A stretch of 64,000 bases of DNA, filler included, from Sphacelaria rigidula (lineage: Eukaryota), in assembly GCA_964200075.2 (NCBI GenBank). It is 8 parts of 8 records of this genome, joined end to end, with 100 filler letters (N's around TTAATTAATTAA, not from the genome) between each part and the next. Parts side by side here need not be neighbours in the genome. Positions count along the whole stretch, not along the records: positions 56,124 to 64,000 come from CAXNAA020013129.1; 7 more parts are not named here. One strand, 5' to 3'. The position numbers and the translations under genes were made by a program. The notes under the pieces were generated by a model, which saw nothing but the letters and a program-made list of their open reading frames with translations, searched no databases and was not told the origin of the DNA. The first letter of the stretch is position 1. Every line of letters begins with the position of its first letter. This document shows, piece after piece, positions 63,817 through 64,000 of this stretch.

Positions 63817-64000
63817 GTGGGTCTCGCGATCAACTATCCTTTCACCAGTTATGAGTGTCTAGCGCTTGACTGTGTGAAAAAGTATCATCATTATCTCTAG
63901 TTACACCAGTTCTTCATCAGACACTTTCTACGGTAGCCGCGCCGTCCTAGACAAGTACACAGAGGCTTGGCAAAACTGGAGTAACTGGACAGGATGGTGG

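Overview
Eukaryotic nuclear DNA, most likely a brown alga (Phaeophyceae/stramenopile; this is inferred from exon/intron style and repeat content, not proven). The window is not a contiguous locus. It is eight unrelated, size-sorted contigs (7918, 7918, 7918, 7918, 7917, 7917, 7917 bp and a truncated eighth) joined by 100-bp N44-TTAATTAATTAA-N44 spacers, so neighbourhoods across spacers carry no meaning. Host gene fragments: a 7-exon SNF1/CAMK-group Ser/Thr kinase, a FYVE-type zinc-finger gene, two SF3B2 exons, LARP6-like La-motif exons, a degenerate CDC5L exon and an unknown membrane-protein fragment. Mobile DNA: two decayed Ty3/Gypsy elements, a decayed LINE carrying three cleanly TSD-flanked nested insertions, many MITE/foldback elements, tRNA-derived SINEs and satellites. 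Most interesting signals: (1) a LINE family whose copies end TGA-GTACG-poly(C) instead of poly(A) and sit in C/G-rich target sites; (2) a Gypsy integrase with a chromodomain followed by a second PWWP/Tudor-like module; (3) a phase-consistent multi-exon antisense gene inside the kinase first intron; (4) a 252-bp GACT..AGTC MITE with variable 4-bp TSDs.
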